A stretch of DNA of 63,869 nucleotides, counting the filler, from Guillardia theta CCMP2712 (Eukaryota > Protista > Cryptophyta): assembly GCF_000315625.1 (NCBI RefSeq). It is 5 parts of 4 records of this genome, joined end to end, with 100 filler letters (N's around TTAATTAATTAA, not from the genome) between each part and the next. Parts side by side here need not be neighbours in the genome. Positions count along the whole stretch, not along the records: positions 21,560 to 48,372 come from NW_005434384.1; positions 48,473 to 61,169 come from NW_005434463.1; 3 more parts are not named here. One strand, written 5' to 3'. Positions 37,478 through 48,685 of this stretch are shown one piece after another. Below the pieces are notes generated by a model that was not told the origin of the DNA, made no database searches, and worked only from the letters and a program-made list of their open reading frames with translations. The first letter of the stretch is position 1; every line of letters begins with the position of its first letter. Made by a program: the position numbers and the translations under genes.

Positions 37478-39085
37478 CTCGTACTTCCTCCAGTTTACGC
37501 AGGCCTTGCTCCACGAGGAAGTTGCCGCTCCTCAGCTCGACGAGCAGGTCGCACTCCCCGATCTTGGTCAGGTCGCCGCTCGGCATCCTCTGCATGCAGT
37601 GTCACATCTCTCCGCGCTGCAGAAGAGGATCAGCGGCCAGGAGTGGCTGTCTGCTGCGGCCTGGGACGGGGGCAAGGACGGGGCGGGGGGGGGGGAGGGC
37701 CGCTTCCTGCACTCGGTCTCTAGCGCGCGGGCTCGGGGCTCTGCACCCTGCGGTTGAAAAAGGGGGAGGCCCTGGGCCTGGCCTCCTCTGCGTCCTGCAT
37801 CTCCTCGTCCGGCATGGGGGACTGCGAGAGCCTGGGCCGCACAAAGAAGCGCTTCTGCATCGTCTGCGTGTTAACGCTGATCGAGCGGACGTCGCGGAGG
37901 ATGCGGTTGAGGTTCTCGACGAGAAGAACCTCAATGAGCATGACAGTGTCGTCTATCTTGGTGCGCTCGGCCACGCCGCACCAGCCGGAGGTGTGCTTGT
38001 TGCCCTCCTCCTTGCCCTACCTCTCCAGCTCCTTGAGCAGCTCCAGCCGGCAGGTGGTCCTGGCGATGACGCCTCATCGCAGGGAGGAGGCGGCGACTTA
38101 CAAGCACAAAATAAGATAGACAGAAACCTTGAAGAGCTCGACTGCATTCCTGTGGGACCTGAGAACGACAAAATACTTGTGGGGGCCTCCGATGATGACG
38201 AGGTCAGGAGGGTGAGGAGGAAGAGATTGAGATATGTCAGTAGGCTTTCAATGGACATTCTACCTTTCCGTATGAGCTGTAAAACGAGAACATGACCTAC
38301 GGAGTCGCCAGGCTCTGCCTTTCTGGAGACTCTGAGTCACTATTAGAAGTTACATCTCCGATGCTCCTCTTCCCTTAGTAGTGACCTCGCAAGTTTAATG
38401 GTATATATGCTATGAACCATAACACCTAGTAGCAATCCTCACGCTGCCGGAGACAAATAGCTCGTAACAAGGCCTCCTGGCCCAGTCGGAGAGTGCTGCT
38501 AGGCTGGGCATGTTGGACAGCAGCTGAGCAGTCAGTCGAGGGGAAGAGCAGATAGGAGCTTCAACACAGCCGAAATCATCTCCTCCTCTCCACCTCCTCC
38601 GCCCTTTGCCTCTGCTCCTGTCACACCTCAGTATCAGAAGTTTTTCCGTCTCGAAACTGTACTCGTCACCTCAATCTTCAGGCTCTTCCTGGATAGTTTG
38701 ACTATCAAGTTGGCTCCCTCCTGCTCCGCCCAATCCTCCTCGCCTGGTTGATTTCGCTTCCAATATTCGCTCCTTACTCTCTTTCCCCTCCGTTTTCTGT
38801 GCTCCTGTTCGAACTCTTTCTCGCCCTCGCCTTCGCCCTCGCCCTCGCCCTCTCTCCGATTCTCGCCCAAGCCTCGTTGATTGGGACAAGAAGCAGCGGC
38901 ATGCATCAACTTGGTTGCGGGGATAGAAGGACGAGGACGTGAACAAGGAAGAGCAAGAATACTTCATCAATCACAAACAATCCGTTGTAAGACATCTGCG
39001 ACTACAAGATTCTCAGAGAACAAGCTTGCAAATCCTGGGAGGCTTGAGGGGGAGATTCCTGGGAGGCTTGAGGGGGAGATTCCTT

Positions 39086-39520
39086 CTATTTTCTTCCGAG
39101 TCTATATCCCCGACCATTGTCTCTCCTCGTGTAAAGGATAGCAGCCACAAGGAGAAATATCGGCCAGAACGAGAAAATTGGAGCTGTAAAGACACTTCTC
39201 AGTTGCTCATTGAAGACTATCAATTCACCAAAGTATGTGTTTTCACAGGGGCCAGAGCAAAAGAAAACATTCTTACAGTCATACTGAGAGTGTTTGAGTT
39301 CAACGACGCACTGGCAGATGTTGGGCATGTGTTCTCCAAAAAAATCACCGATTGCCTCCGGCAGTGAGACACCTCGATGAAACATCCAGTTCACTGCGGA
39401 AGAGACGGCTGGGCACGTTGAGCAAGTGCCATAGCAGATCTTGCCGTCTGCATGTTCCACCAATATCGTCGCAGCGACAAGCATGACGAGCGGGCGAGAG
39501 CCATAGTTAAATCCGACCAT
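39086..39520 (-). CDS. Hypothetical Cys-rich protein with signal-like N-terminus and transmembrane segment (possibly a pseudogene)
   Basis: 144-aa ORF with hydrophobic ends and several Cys; no family recognised. Confidence 0.3.
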   Translation of the reverse strand: MVGFNYGSRPLVMLVAATILVEHADGKICYGTCSTCPAVSSAVNWMFHRGVSLPEAIGDFFGEHMPNICQCVVELKHSQYDCKNVFFCSGPCENTYFGELIVFNEQLRSVFTAPIFSFWPIFLLVAAILYTRRDNGRGYRLGRK

Positions 39521-39979
39521 TTCCAGCTAACAACATGTGACCCCCACCCCACCCATACTCCCCCACAGACCCTACCCTCACGCTACCCCAGTGATTACTG
39601 GGGTGACAATACCCCCTACCAGCCTGAACCACAGGTGACCCCACCCCACCCATACTCCCCCACAGACCCTACCCTCACTGAACCACTGGTGACCCCCACC
39701 CCCTCTTCCTCACATCAGCCTTTTCCACCTGCGGTATGCTGTACTGCTCAACCTTTTGTCAACCTGCGAGCTAAAAAACAAGGAAGGTAGTACTGATTTT
39801 AACTTAACTTTGAGTAAAGTAGAAGGACCGATCGGAGTTCAAGAGGTTAATCGATTATTTTAGTCAACTGACTTTTGACCCGGCCGACCTCAGAGAACGC
39901 CAGTTGACAATCTCCTCCTCCTCCTCCTCCTCCTCCTCCTCCTCCTCCTTGTCTTCAGTTCTCATCCTCGTTCTCTTCT

Positions 39980-42942
39980 CCCTCAGTCTGGGTCTCGCGC
40001 CTCGCCATGGATGGCAAAGTGGGCGAACGCTATCAGGTGCGAGCTGAAGCACGAGGGCCCGTGTGGTGACTTGTGACATGATGAGCAACATGAAGAGGAG
40101 AAAGGGAAAGGAGAGGGAAATGGGGGAGGATGAGGAGGGAGCGATGCTTTGACTGTGAATGCTGCAGGTGAAAGACAGCGAGATCAAGACGCTTGCGTGA
40201 GTAGCGGAGATGGAGGGAGCGGATAGAGGAGGGGGCGGATAGAGGAGGGGGCGTGTGATAGAGGAGGGAGCGGATAGAGAAAGAAGGGACGATGATGATG
40301 GTGGAGAGGCAGAGGAAGACAATTCCAACTTGACGATATGACAGTGATAACCAGCACAAGTTCCTCGTCGAATGCTCCGCACTTGTCAAGAACTGGAAGA
40401 AGCGGATCGAAGACTTCAAGTAACCTTCCTCTTCCTGCCAACCCCAACAATATAAGATCAACTTTCCTTGACTCTCCTTCTGGTGCTGGTGCTAGTGCTG
40501 GTGCGCCTCCTCTCTCTCTTCAGCTTCTCATGCTCTTGATCATTTATTCATCATCGTCCATTGCCGCCGTCTTCATCCTCTTATCTGCATTCTCAGACCT
40601 CCCTCTCCCCCTGCTCCTGCTCCTCACCCTCTAGATAAGCTCGTCTTGCCTATACCGTTGTGAGGATGAAACAACGAAAGAGGGGAGCAGGGAGGGAGGT
40701 AAGGAGGGAGGGAGGGAGGAGACGGAGGGGGAGGGGGAGGGGGAAAAGGGGGGGAGGGAGGGAGGAGAAGAAAGGAGACGGAGGGACATAGGACCTGATG
40801 GGATCTTCAAGCACGTGACCTAGGTAGTCGATAATTCTCTCGATCTTTGGGAAGGTTCGGCTCTCAAGCTTCGAGTGAAGTTGCGTCCTCCTAACCTGCT
40901 CCCCCGTCAACCTCTCGCTATACCTCTGTACCAACTCCTCCTCCTCCTCCTCCTCCTCCTCCCTCCTCGTCCTCAATCTTATCCTTCCTTCCTACTCTGC
41001 TCCTGTTGATATCTTTTTCTGCTCCGTTGATGCTCGATCTCTTCATCCTCCTCTTCATCCTGCTGCTTCCTCCTCTTCTTCTCGTTCTCTTCTCTTCTAC
41101 TTCCCCTCTCAGCTTTCCTTCCCTCCCCGTTCTTTTCCTCCCCTTACCTGCTTGTTCTTGTCTAGCCAGAGCAAGTCGATCTCAAAGGAGCCCAGCCTGA
41201 ATACTCGTCACTCTCCTCCACCACCTCCTCTTCTCCTCACCTTGGTTCCCTTCTTGACTCCACTGTCAGCCCTTCCTGCAGCAAAGGGTCAAATAAGATT
41301 GGAGGGAGTAGAGGAAGAGAAAACAACGAGGAAAGGAGGGAGGGAGGGAGGGAGGGAGGGAGGTGGTGTACCATTTCGACATTCTTGAGGAGGGTGATGG
41401 GGCGGCCTGGGAAGCGGGAGGAGAGAGTCTCGGAGAGTTTGTCCGCGAGGCGCAGGTACGTCTCCTCCTTGTGTCGGAGGGAGAAAGAAGATTTCCCGCA
41501 GAACTCCAGCCGGACGTGGAGGGGAGTGGAGGGAGACACGTAGCCCATCACCACCTGCGTCCGGAGAAAGTCGAGGCTGGTGGGGTCGAGCTGGGAGTGG
41601 AGGAAGGGGCGGAGGGAGGAGGAGGAGGAGGAGGTCATGTTGATCAGAGCCGGGGGCTTCTCCGAGATCCTCCCGAGGCTGCTGCTGAGCTGCTGCTGGG
41701 AGCGGATGGGTGCAGACGTTGGGCGCTGAGGCTTGAGAGGACGAAGCTCGTCTACGGGCTGAAACGTCCTCCTCCGTCGGTCTCCCTCCTCCTCCGTCCT
41801 CCTCTCCCCAATAGGAGATGGTGCTGTCCTCTCCGAGGCCGTGCTGGCTGTCCGCAAGGAGGAGGAGGAGGAGAGCGAGTGGGAGAGGCTGTTGACGTGT
41901 GTCTTGCCCGCGTTCCAAGTGCTCGGACGCTCTCTGACGATCCTCGTCCTCTTCGTCTTCGTCTCCAGCTCCAGCAACTTCATCTGCAGCCTGTTGCTGT
42001 GCTCCAGCTCCGAGTCCAGAGCATCTCGTAGAGCCGCGATGTCATCCTCAGCGCAGGAGAGGGCAGCACGAAGCTGCATGACTTGAGACTGAGAGGAGGT
42101 GAGAGAGACTCCGTCTGCCTGCTTCTCCTTCCTGCTGTCACTCAGCTCCTTTCTCAGCGTGTCCACCTGCTTTTGAAGGTCCTCCACCCTCTCCCTCTCC
42201 CTCTGCGTCACTTCCGCCAGCTTGTCCTGAAGTGCCTCAACAGTGTCGAGCTCCTTCCTCTCCCTCCTCGTCCCCTCCGAGCCCGGCACCCTCTCATTCA
42301 TGACGGCATGCTCCGCCTCGTCCTCGACCCCCTGATCAGCCAGTCAGCTACTTCCCCTGTCCTCCCTTCTCTCTCCTCCTCTCCCTCCTCTCTCATCTTC
42401 CCGTACTTCTTCTCTGCGTCTCCTCTCGTCCTCTCTCTCCCCTTTCCTCCCCCTCCCTCACCTCGTCTGTTGTCTTGCGATGCGCTACCTCCCCAGCTCC
42501 CTGGCTTTGCGCTAGCTCCTTCATCCTTCCCATGACCTCGCTGATGGACTTGAAGAGCTCCTCCACTGCAAATCTATCAGAACAACTTCCTTCTTCTTCT
42601 GCTCCTCTTCCTCCACCGCTCCCTCTTCCCATCCTCCTTCTCAGCAAGCGCTCACCTAGATCGCTCGCCTTGTCCACTTCAGACGACTTGCTCTGGATCG
42701 GCTGCATGCACACCAGGACAGAGCCCATGGCATCGTTGTACTTCTGTTGGGGAAGCGAAATATGGTCACAAGGAGCATGGACATGGACATGGAGGAGGAG
42801 GAGGAGGTGGTGGTGGTGGTGGAGTAACAAGTGAAGAAATCAACACATACATCCCATCCCTTCCTCTCCCTTCCCCTCATGCTGCTCACCTCCAGCAGGC
42901 CGTCCAGCTCCTCAACGGCTGCCTGCATGGCTGCCGGTATGA
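39980..42942 (-). CDS. Multi-exon coiled-coil protein with C-terminal SelW/SelH (Rdx)-like domain
   Basis: Coiled-coil exon 42301-41370, then VRLEFC..LRHKEETY, EPR|LGSFEIDL and LHSKLESRTFP motifs across spliced exons. Confidence 0.6.
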
Positions 42943-43250
42943 TGAAGAGAAAGAGAGAAAATGAGCGAGAAACGCTCAACTTTGCTCCTGCTCCCCTCGC
43001 CTCGCTCGCCTCCCGCCGCCGCCGCCGCCTCCTCTGATCCTTTCCTTCTGTACCCGCTCTTGGCTGGTCTTATTGGCTTGTCGTCCTGGTATCAACTCCT
43101 CTCTCCCTCCTCCTCGCTTCCTATCCTCTTCTTCTCTCCTCCTCCTCCTCCTCCCTCCCCTCCTCTATTCCTGTCGTTGCCCGCCCGCCATTTCTCGGTT
43201 CAATTTCAGTTACCTGTTGGGTACGAGCGGGTACGAGGGCACAGAGGTGC

Positions 43251-44465
43251 ATGAGGGGGATGAGGGGGATGAAAATAGACATGTCGGCTGCAGAAGGCAG
43301 GATGTCGAGCAAGAGGAGGAGGCTGGAGGGATCAGACACGAAGACAGAGAGAGAGCAGGAGAACGACAGAAATGAAGCAGGAAGGGAAACCAAACGAATA
43401 CGAAGGAAGCTATGCGAGCACGGGCGGGTCCGATCGAGATGCAAGGGATGCGGGGGCAGCAGCATATGCGAGCACGGGCGGCAGCGATCGAGATGCAAGG
43501 ACTGCGGGGGCAGGTGCATATGCGAGCACGGGCGGCAGCGATCGAGATGCAAGGAGTGCGGGGGAGGGAGCATATGTCAGCACGGGCGGGTCCGATCGAG
43601 ATGCAAGGGATGCGGGGGCAGGAGCATATGCGAGCACGGGCGGGTGCGATCGGTCTGCAAGGAGTGCGGGGGCAGCAGCATATGCGAGCACGGGCGGCAG
43701 CGATCGGTCTGCAAGGGATGCGGGGGAGGGAGCATATGCGAGCACGGGCGGGTCCGATCGAGATGCAAGGGATGCGGGGGCAGCAGCATATGCGAGCACG
43801 GGCGGGTCCGATGGAGATGCAAGGGCTGCGGGGGCAGGAGCATATGCGAGCACGGGCGGGTCCGATCGCAATGCAAGGAGTGCGGGGGCAGCAGCATATG
43901 CGAGCACGGGCGGGTCCGATCGAGATGCAAGGAGTGCGGGGGCAGCAGCATATGCGAGCACGGGCGGGTGAGATCGAGATGCAAGGGATGCGGGGGAGGG
44001 AGCATATGCGAGCACGGGCGGCGGCGATCGGTATGCAAGGAGTGCGGGGGAGGGAGCATATGCGAGCACGGGCGGGTCCGATCGGTCTGCAAGGAGTGCG
44101 GGGGCAGCAGCATATGCGAGCACGGGCGGCAGCGATCGGTCTGCAAGGGATGCGGGGGCAGGAGCATATGCGAGCACGGGCAGGTCCGATCGGGCTGCAA
44201 GGAGTGCGGGGGCAGCGGCATATGCGAGCACGGGCGGCAGCGATCGAAATGCAAGGGATGCGGGGGCAGCAGCATATGCGAGCACGGGCAGGTCCGATTG
44301 AGATGCAAGGGATGCGGGGGCGGCAGCATATGCGAGCACGGGCAGGTCCGATCGCAATGCAAGGGATGCAGGGGCAGGAGCATATGCGAGCACGGACGGC
44401 AGCGATCGGGCTGCAAGGGATGCGGGGGAGGGAGCAGCAGGTACAACTGGCAGGCAGGGGAGTAG
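43251..44465 (+). CDS. Intronless protein of 19 tandem 18-aa CEHGRxRSxCKxCGGxSI putative zinc-binding repeats with basic NLS-like leader
   Basis: 54-bp coding minisatellite at 43413-44438; leader contains SKRRRL and KRIRRK. Confidence 0.85.
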   Translation: MRGMRGMKIDMSAAEGRMSSKRRRLEGSDTKTEREQENDRNEAGRETKRIRRKLCEHGRVRSRCKGCGGSSICEHGRQRSRCKDCGGRCICEHGRQRSRCKECGGGSICQHGRVRSRCKGCGGRSICEHGRVRSVCKECGGSSICEHGRQRSVCKGCGGGSICEHGRVRSRCKGCGGSSICEHGRVRWRCKGCGGRSICEHGRVRSQCKECGGSSICEHGRVRSRCKECGGSSICEHGRVRSRCKGCGGGSICEHGRRRSVCKECGGGSICEHGRVRSVCKECGGSSICEHGRQRSVCKGCGGRSICEHGQVRSGCKECGGSGICEHGRQRSKCKGCGGSSICEHGQVRLRCKGCGGGSICEHGQVRSQCKGCRGRSICEHGRQRSGCKGCGGGSSRYNWQAGE

Positions 44466-44533
44466 CGGATCAGTGTAGCAAGATGAGGAGGGCGGGGGTC
44501 GTCGGGACTCATTGCGGGTAGGAGGGCCGGCAT

Positions 44534-46886
44534 TGAGGCGCAGGGGTTTGACCTCAACCCCTTGAATGGTAATAGAATAACGAGAAGGGAGTAATAGACT
44601 AGGAATAGACTTGTACGGTATGACAGTCATGCAGACATCAACAGCTGACCTTGACGAGAAGACCGTCAGTCCCTCGAGATTGAGCTGAACGGTCACGCAA
44701 AGAGCAGTAAGAGTAGTAGTATGATTCGATTTACTGTGACGGGCCAACCCTCCAAAACACCTCTGCACGGGGGCAGTGCACGGGTGGAACTGAACTTAAC
44801 CAACCGATCTGACAGACGGGCCAACCCCTAGTGTGGGAATTAAATGGTACAAATGTTTAGTTAAATACCCCCCCTCCTTTCCTCATCGCGCCTCCATGCA
44901 GAGCGTTCGGGGCACTATGGCGGGGGATTTAGGGGGTGCTGCATGCCATGGCAGGGTGTCACGAGGAAATTCAAATCAAAGTTTTGGCGGGCAAAGCTAT
45001 GTTGCCCCACACCATGGGCAGGCCGAGGCCTCCAGCGAAGAAAACATGCTCATCATGCCACAGACGACGAGAAATGACCAGCATTCGAAAGTGGCATGGT
45101 GTGCCTTTGTGCACAACTTGTGTTGCAAGGTTGAAAAAACACAATGATCTCAATGATCGCGAGCAGACCCGCTCTCTAAATGGGATGATGCCTTGGTTTT
45201 CAAGCTGTTGGATTTCTTGCAATGCCATGGCCATGCAACTTTATCTGTGGAGTGTGAAGACGAGAATCTTTTAGTTTCAGCGACCCATTACCTCAAGTGG
45301 AGTCTTCGTTCTGTATCCTTGTATGAAGTCCAGAACAAACTAAAGGTCCTCGGAGATGTCTATGGGCCTACATCAGAAGGATTTTCGAGATGTTTTCTCC
45401 AGCACTATATGCAGGTTTTCGAACAACAAGCATCTGGCAAATCACATGGAGGCACAAAGGCCATTTATGAGCACTTGAATCGACTTCGTACACGTATTGG
45501 CAACATTCACAGGAAGAATCGAAACCTTCTTTCTCGCATGGAAGAATGGTCTACTGCTCACTTCGAGAATTTGAATTCATTGCAAACCGTATTGAACTAC
45601 TATACACGATTACTTTGTGAAGTAAGTCTGAGATGTTGCTTTCTTTCCATGCCAGTGACCTGACGATCATTGTACAGGTATGCAAGAATGTCGGATGAGG
45701 CGCAGGGGTTTGACCTCAAACACTTGAATGGTAATAGAATAACGAGAAGGGAGTAATAGACTAGGAATAGACTTGTACGGTATGACAGTCATGCAGACAT
45801 CAACGGTCACGACACTTGAAAGCCTCGGGAGTAGAGGCCCGGAGCATGAAGGCCTCACTGCGAGAGTCACGTAGATCCTTGTTTTTGTGCCGGACCCGGA
45901 ACGAGGAATCAGTACGGTCAAGAGCCTCATCATCGCACAACTACTGAGGAAACACTCAGATCCTACCACACGAGCGACGGCATGCACGACAAGCAGGGGA
46001 ACAACTTGAAGGATCAGGCAAAGAGCAGTAGCCTGTACAGTAGTAGTTTTATTGACTGAAAGGAAAGGCAAACCGGAGCAAAGTAGTAGTATGTAACTGC
46101 GGGCCAACCCTTGTGTGGAGTTTCAAGTAATTAAGTGAAAAATCAAGTTACACCTGCTGGTACACATGTTTAGTTAAATACCCCCTCCCCTTTCCTCATC
46201 GGTGTGAACGGGGCGCTATGGCGGGGAGTTGAGGGGGAGCTGCATGCCATGGCAGGGGGTGACGAGGAAATTCAAATCAAAGTTTTGGCGGGCAAAGCTA
46301 TGTTGCCCCACACCATGGGCAGGCCGAGGCCTCCAGCGAAGAAAATATGCTCATCATGCCACAGACGAAGAGAGTTGACCCGCGTTCGAAAGTGGCATGG
46401 TGTGCCTTTGTGCACAACTTGTGTTGCAAGGTTGAAAAAACACAATGATCTCAATGATCGCGAGCAGACCCGCTCTCTAAATGGGATGATGCCTTGGTTT
46501 TCAAGCTGTTGGATTTCTTGCAATGCCATGGCCATGCAACCTTATCTGTCCAGTGTGAAGACGAGAATCTTCTCCAGCGACCCAGTGCCTCAAGTGGAGT
46601 CTTCGTCTCTGTATCCTTGTATGAAGTCCAGAACAAACTAAAGGTCCTCGGAGATGTCTATGGGCCTACATCAGAAGGATTTTCGAGATGTTTTCACTAC
46701 ACGCAGGTTTTCGAAAAACAAGTTCGAAACCTTCAATCGAAGAATGGTCTACTGCTCACTTCCATGCTTTGCATTCATTGCAAAGCACTGTTCACGACTA
46801 CTCTGTGAAGCAAGTCCGAGATGTTGCTTTCTTTCCATGCAAGTAACCTGACGATCATTGCACAGGTATGCAAGAATGCCGGATGA
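44534..46886 (+). repeat. Diverged tandem duplication of an ~1.2-kb module (~44534-45698 and ~45696-46886)
   Basis: Shared blocks tgaggcgcaggggtttgacctcaa...gcagacatcaac and gtttagttaaataccccc...caggtatgcaagaatg. Confidence 0.9.
45014..45698 (+). pseudogene. Small gene or pseudogene with C-x2-C-x17-C-x2-C (GATA-spacing) zinc finger; second copy at 46315-46886
   Basis: MGRPRPPAKKTCSSCHRRREMTSIRKWHGVPLCTTC; downstream frame change; GTAAGT...CAG intron at ~45621-45677. Confidence 0.5.
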
Positions 46887-47303
46887 ACATGTTGACAAGG
46901 GTGAGAGTCCTTCAAACAAACATGCCAAGGCGCAATCCGAGCTGCCCTTTCAGATAGTCTGTGACCTTCGTTTCCTTCGAGAAACCTTCACAGCCACACC
47001 CGATGTGACATGCTTAGAAGGATTTTGAGTGAACACGACTCTCTGTGTCAAACACATGACAAGAATACGATTTGCGAAGCAGATGTAGGTGTTGTCACGG
47101 GGGGAACAATGGATTTGTCTGAACGGCTTGAATCGCGACAGAGACGGTCCGATCGGACGGTCGACACAGGCCGCAAGTTTGCCATGGTTTGGAGACACGG
47201 TAGCCTTACTGAACATCGGACCGACTTGGATAAAATGTCAATTTTCTCACGAGCAACAACACAGTAGCCAGGTCAGAGACGAGAAGGACTAGCAGAAGCT
47301 GCA

Positions 47304-47558
47304 ATGCCTCTAGCAGCTGTTTACATTGGATTTGCTGATACAAGTTTGGTGACGGTTCATAGCTTCACGTGATGCCTCTAGCAGCTGTTTACAATGGATT
47401 TGCTGATACAAGTTGGTGTTCATAGCTTCACGTGATGCCTCTAGCAGCTGTTTACATTGGATTTGCTGATACAAGTTTGGTGTTCATAGCTTCACGTGAT
47501 GCCTCTAGCAGCTGTTTACATTGGATTTGCTGATACAAGTTTGATCTTCATAGCTTCA
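47304..47558 (+). repeat. ~64-bp tandem repeat x4
   Basis: atgcctctagcagctgtttacattggatttgctgatacaagtttggtgttcatagcttcacgtg, head-to-tail. Confidence 0.95.
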
Positions 47559-47627
47559 CTTGCTCTTCAGACGGTCAACGGCGGTACCTGTTGGGTACGA
47601 GCGGGTACGAGGGCACAGAGCTGGCGC

Positions 47628-48372
47628 ATGAGGGGGATGAGGGGGATGAAAATAGACATGTCGGCTGCAGGAAGTAGAATGTCGAGCAAGAGGAGGAGGC
47701 TGGAGGGATCAGACACGAAGACAGAAGAGAGGCAAGCGGACGAAACAGACGGAGGAGGGAGGGAGACCAAACGAATACGAAGAAAGCTATGCGAGCACGG
47801 GCGGGAGCGATCGAAATGCAGGGAGTGCGGGGGAGGGAGCATATGCGAGCACGGGCGGGTCCGATCGGTCTGCAAGGGCTGCGGGGGCAGGAGCATATGC
47901 GAGCACGGGCGGGTCCGATCACAATGCAAGGAGTGCGGGGGCAGGAGCATATGCGAGCACGGGCGGGTCCGATCGAGATGCAAGGAGTGCGGGGGCAGGA
48001 GCATATGCGAGCACGGGCGGGTCCGATCGGGCTGCAAGGAGTGCGGAGGCAGCAGCATATGCGAGCACGGGCGGCGGCGATCGAAATGCAAGGGATGCGG
48101 GGGCAGGAGCATATGCGAGCACGGGCGGCAGCGATCGAGATGCAAGGGATGCGGGGGAGGGAGCATATGCGAGCACGGGCGGCAGCGATCGGTCTGCAAG
48201 GAGTGCTGGGGCAGCAGCATATGCGAGCACGGGCGGCAGCGATCGGGCTGCAAGGGATGCGGGGGCAGGAGCATATGCGAGCACGGGCGGGAGCGATCAC
48301 AATGCAAGGAGTGCGGGGGCAGGAGCATATGCGAGCACGGGCGGGTCCGATCGAGATGCAAGGAGTGCGGGG
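47628..48372 (+). CDS. Second CEHGR-repeat protein (at least 11 units, truncated by contig end)
   Basis: Same leader and upstream sequence (tacctgttgggtacgagcgggtacgagggcacagag) as the 43251 copy; different repeat order. Confidence 0.85.
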
Positions 48373-48472
48373 NNNNNNNNNNNNNNNNNNNNNNNNNNNN
48401 NNNNNNNNNNNNNNNNTTAATTAATTAANNNNNNNNNNNNNNNNNNNNNNNNNNNNNNNNNNNNNNNNNNNN

Positions 48473-48640
48473 AAGGAGGAGAACTTAATGAGTCAAGCAG
48501 GAGGGGAACGCAGAAAGCGCGCTTGTGTACTCGAAAAAGGTGAGTTGCAGCTGCGTTAAGTGCAGAAATAGTTTGAAGAGGAGGAGAAGCAGCAGTCGAG
48601 GAAATGAAGAAGAGGACAAGCAGCAGCAGCAGCAGAAGCG

Positions 48641-48685
<45 letters not shown>

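Noticed and set aside
43372-44768. Long overlapping ORFs in other frames and strands of the CEHGR and ankyrin arrays
   Set aside because: Expected shadows of stop-free GC-rich repeats whose length is a multiple of three.
47304-47558. CRISPR-like array (also considered 37209-37477, 3438-3608 and 53036-53222)
   Set aside because: Units are head-to-tail with no unique spacers of regular length, the context is eukaryotic and no cas genes are present.
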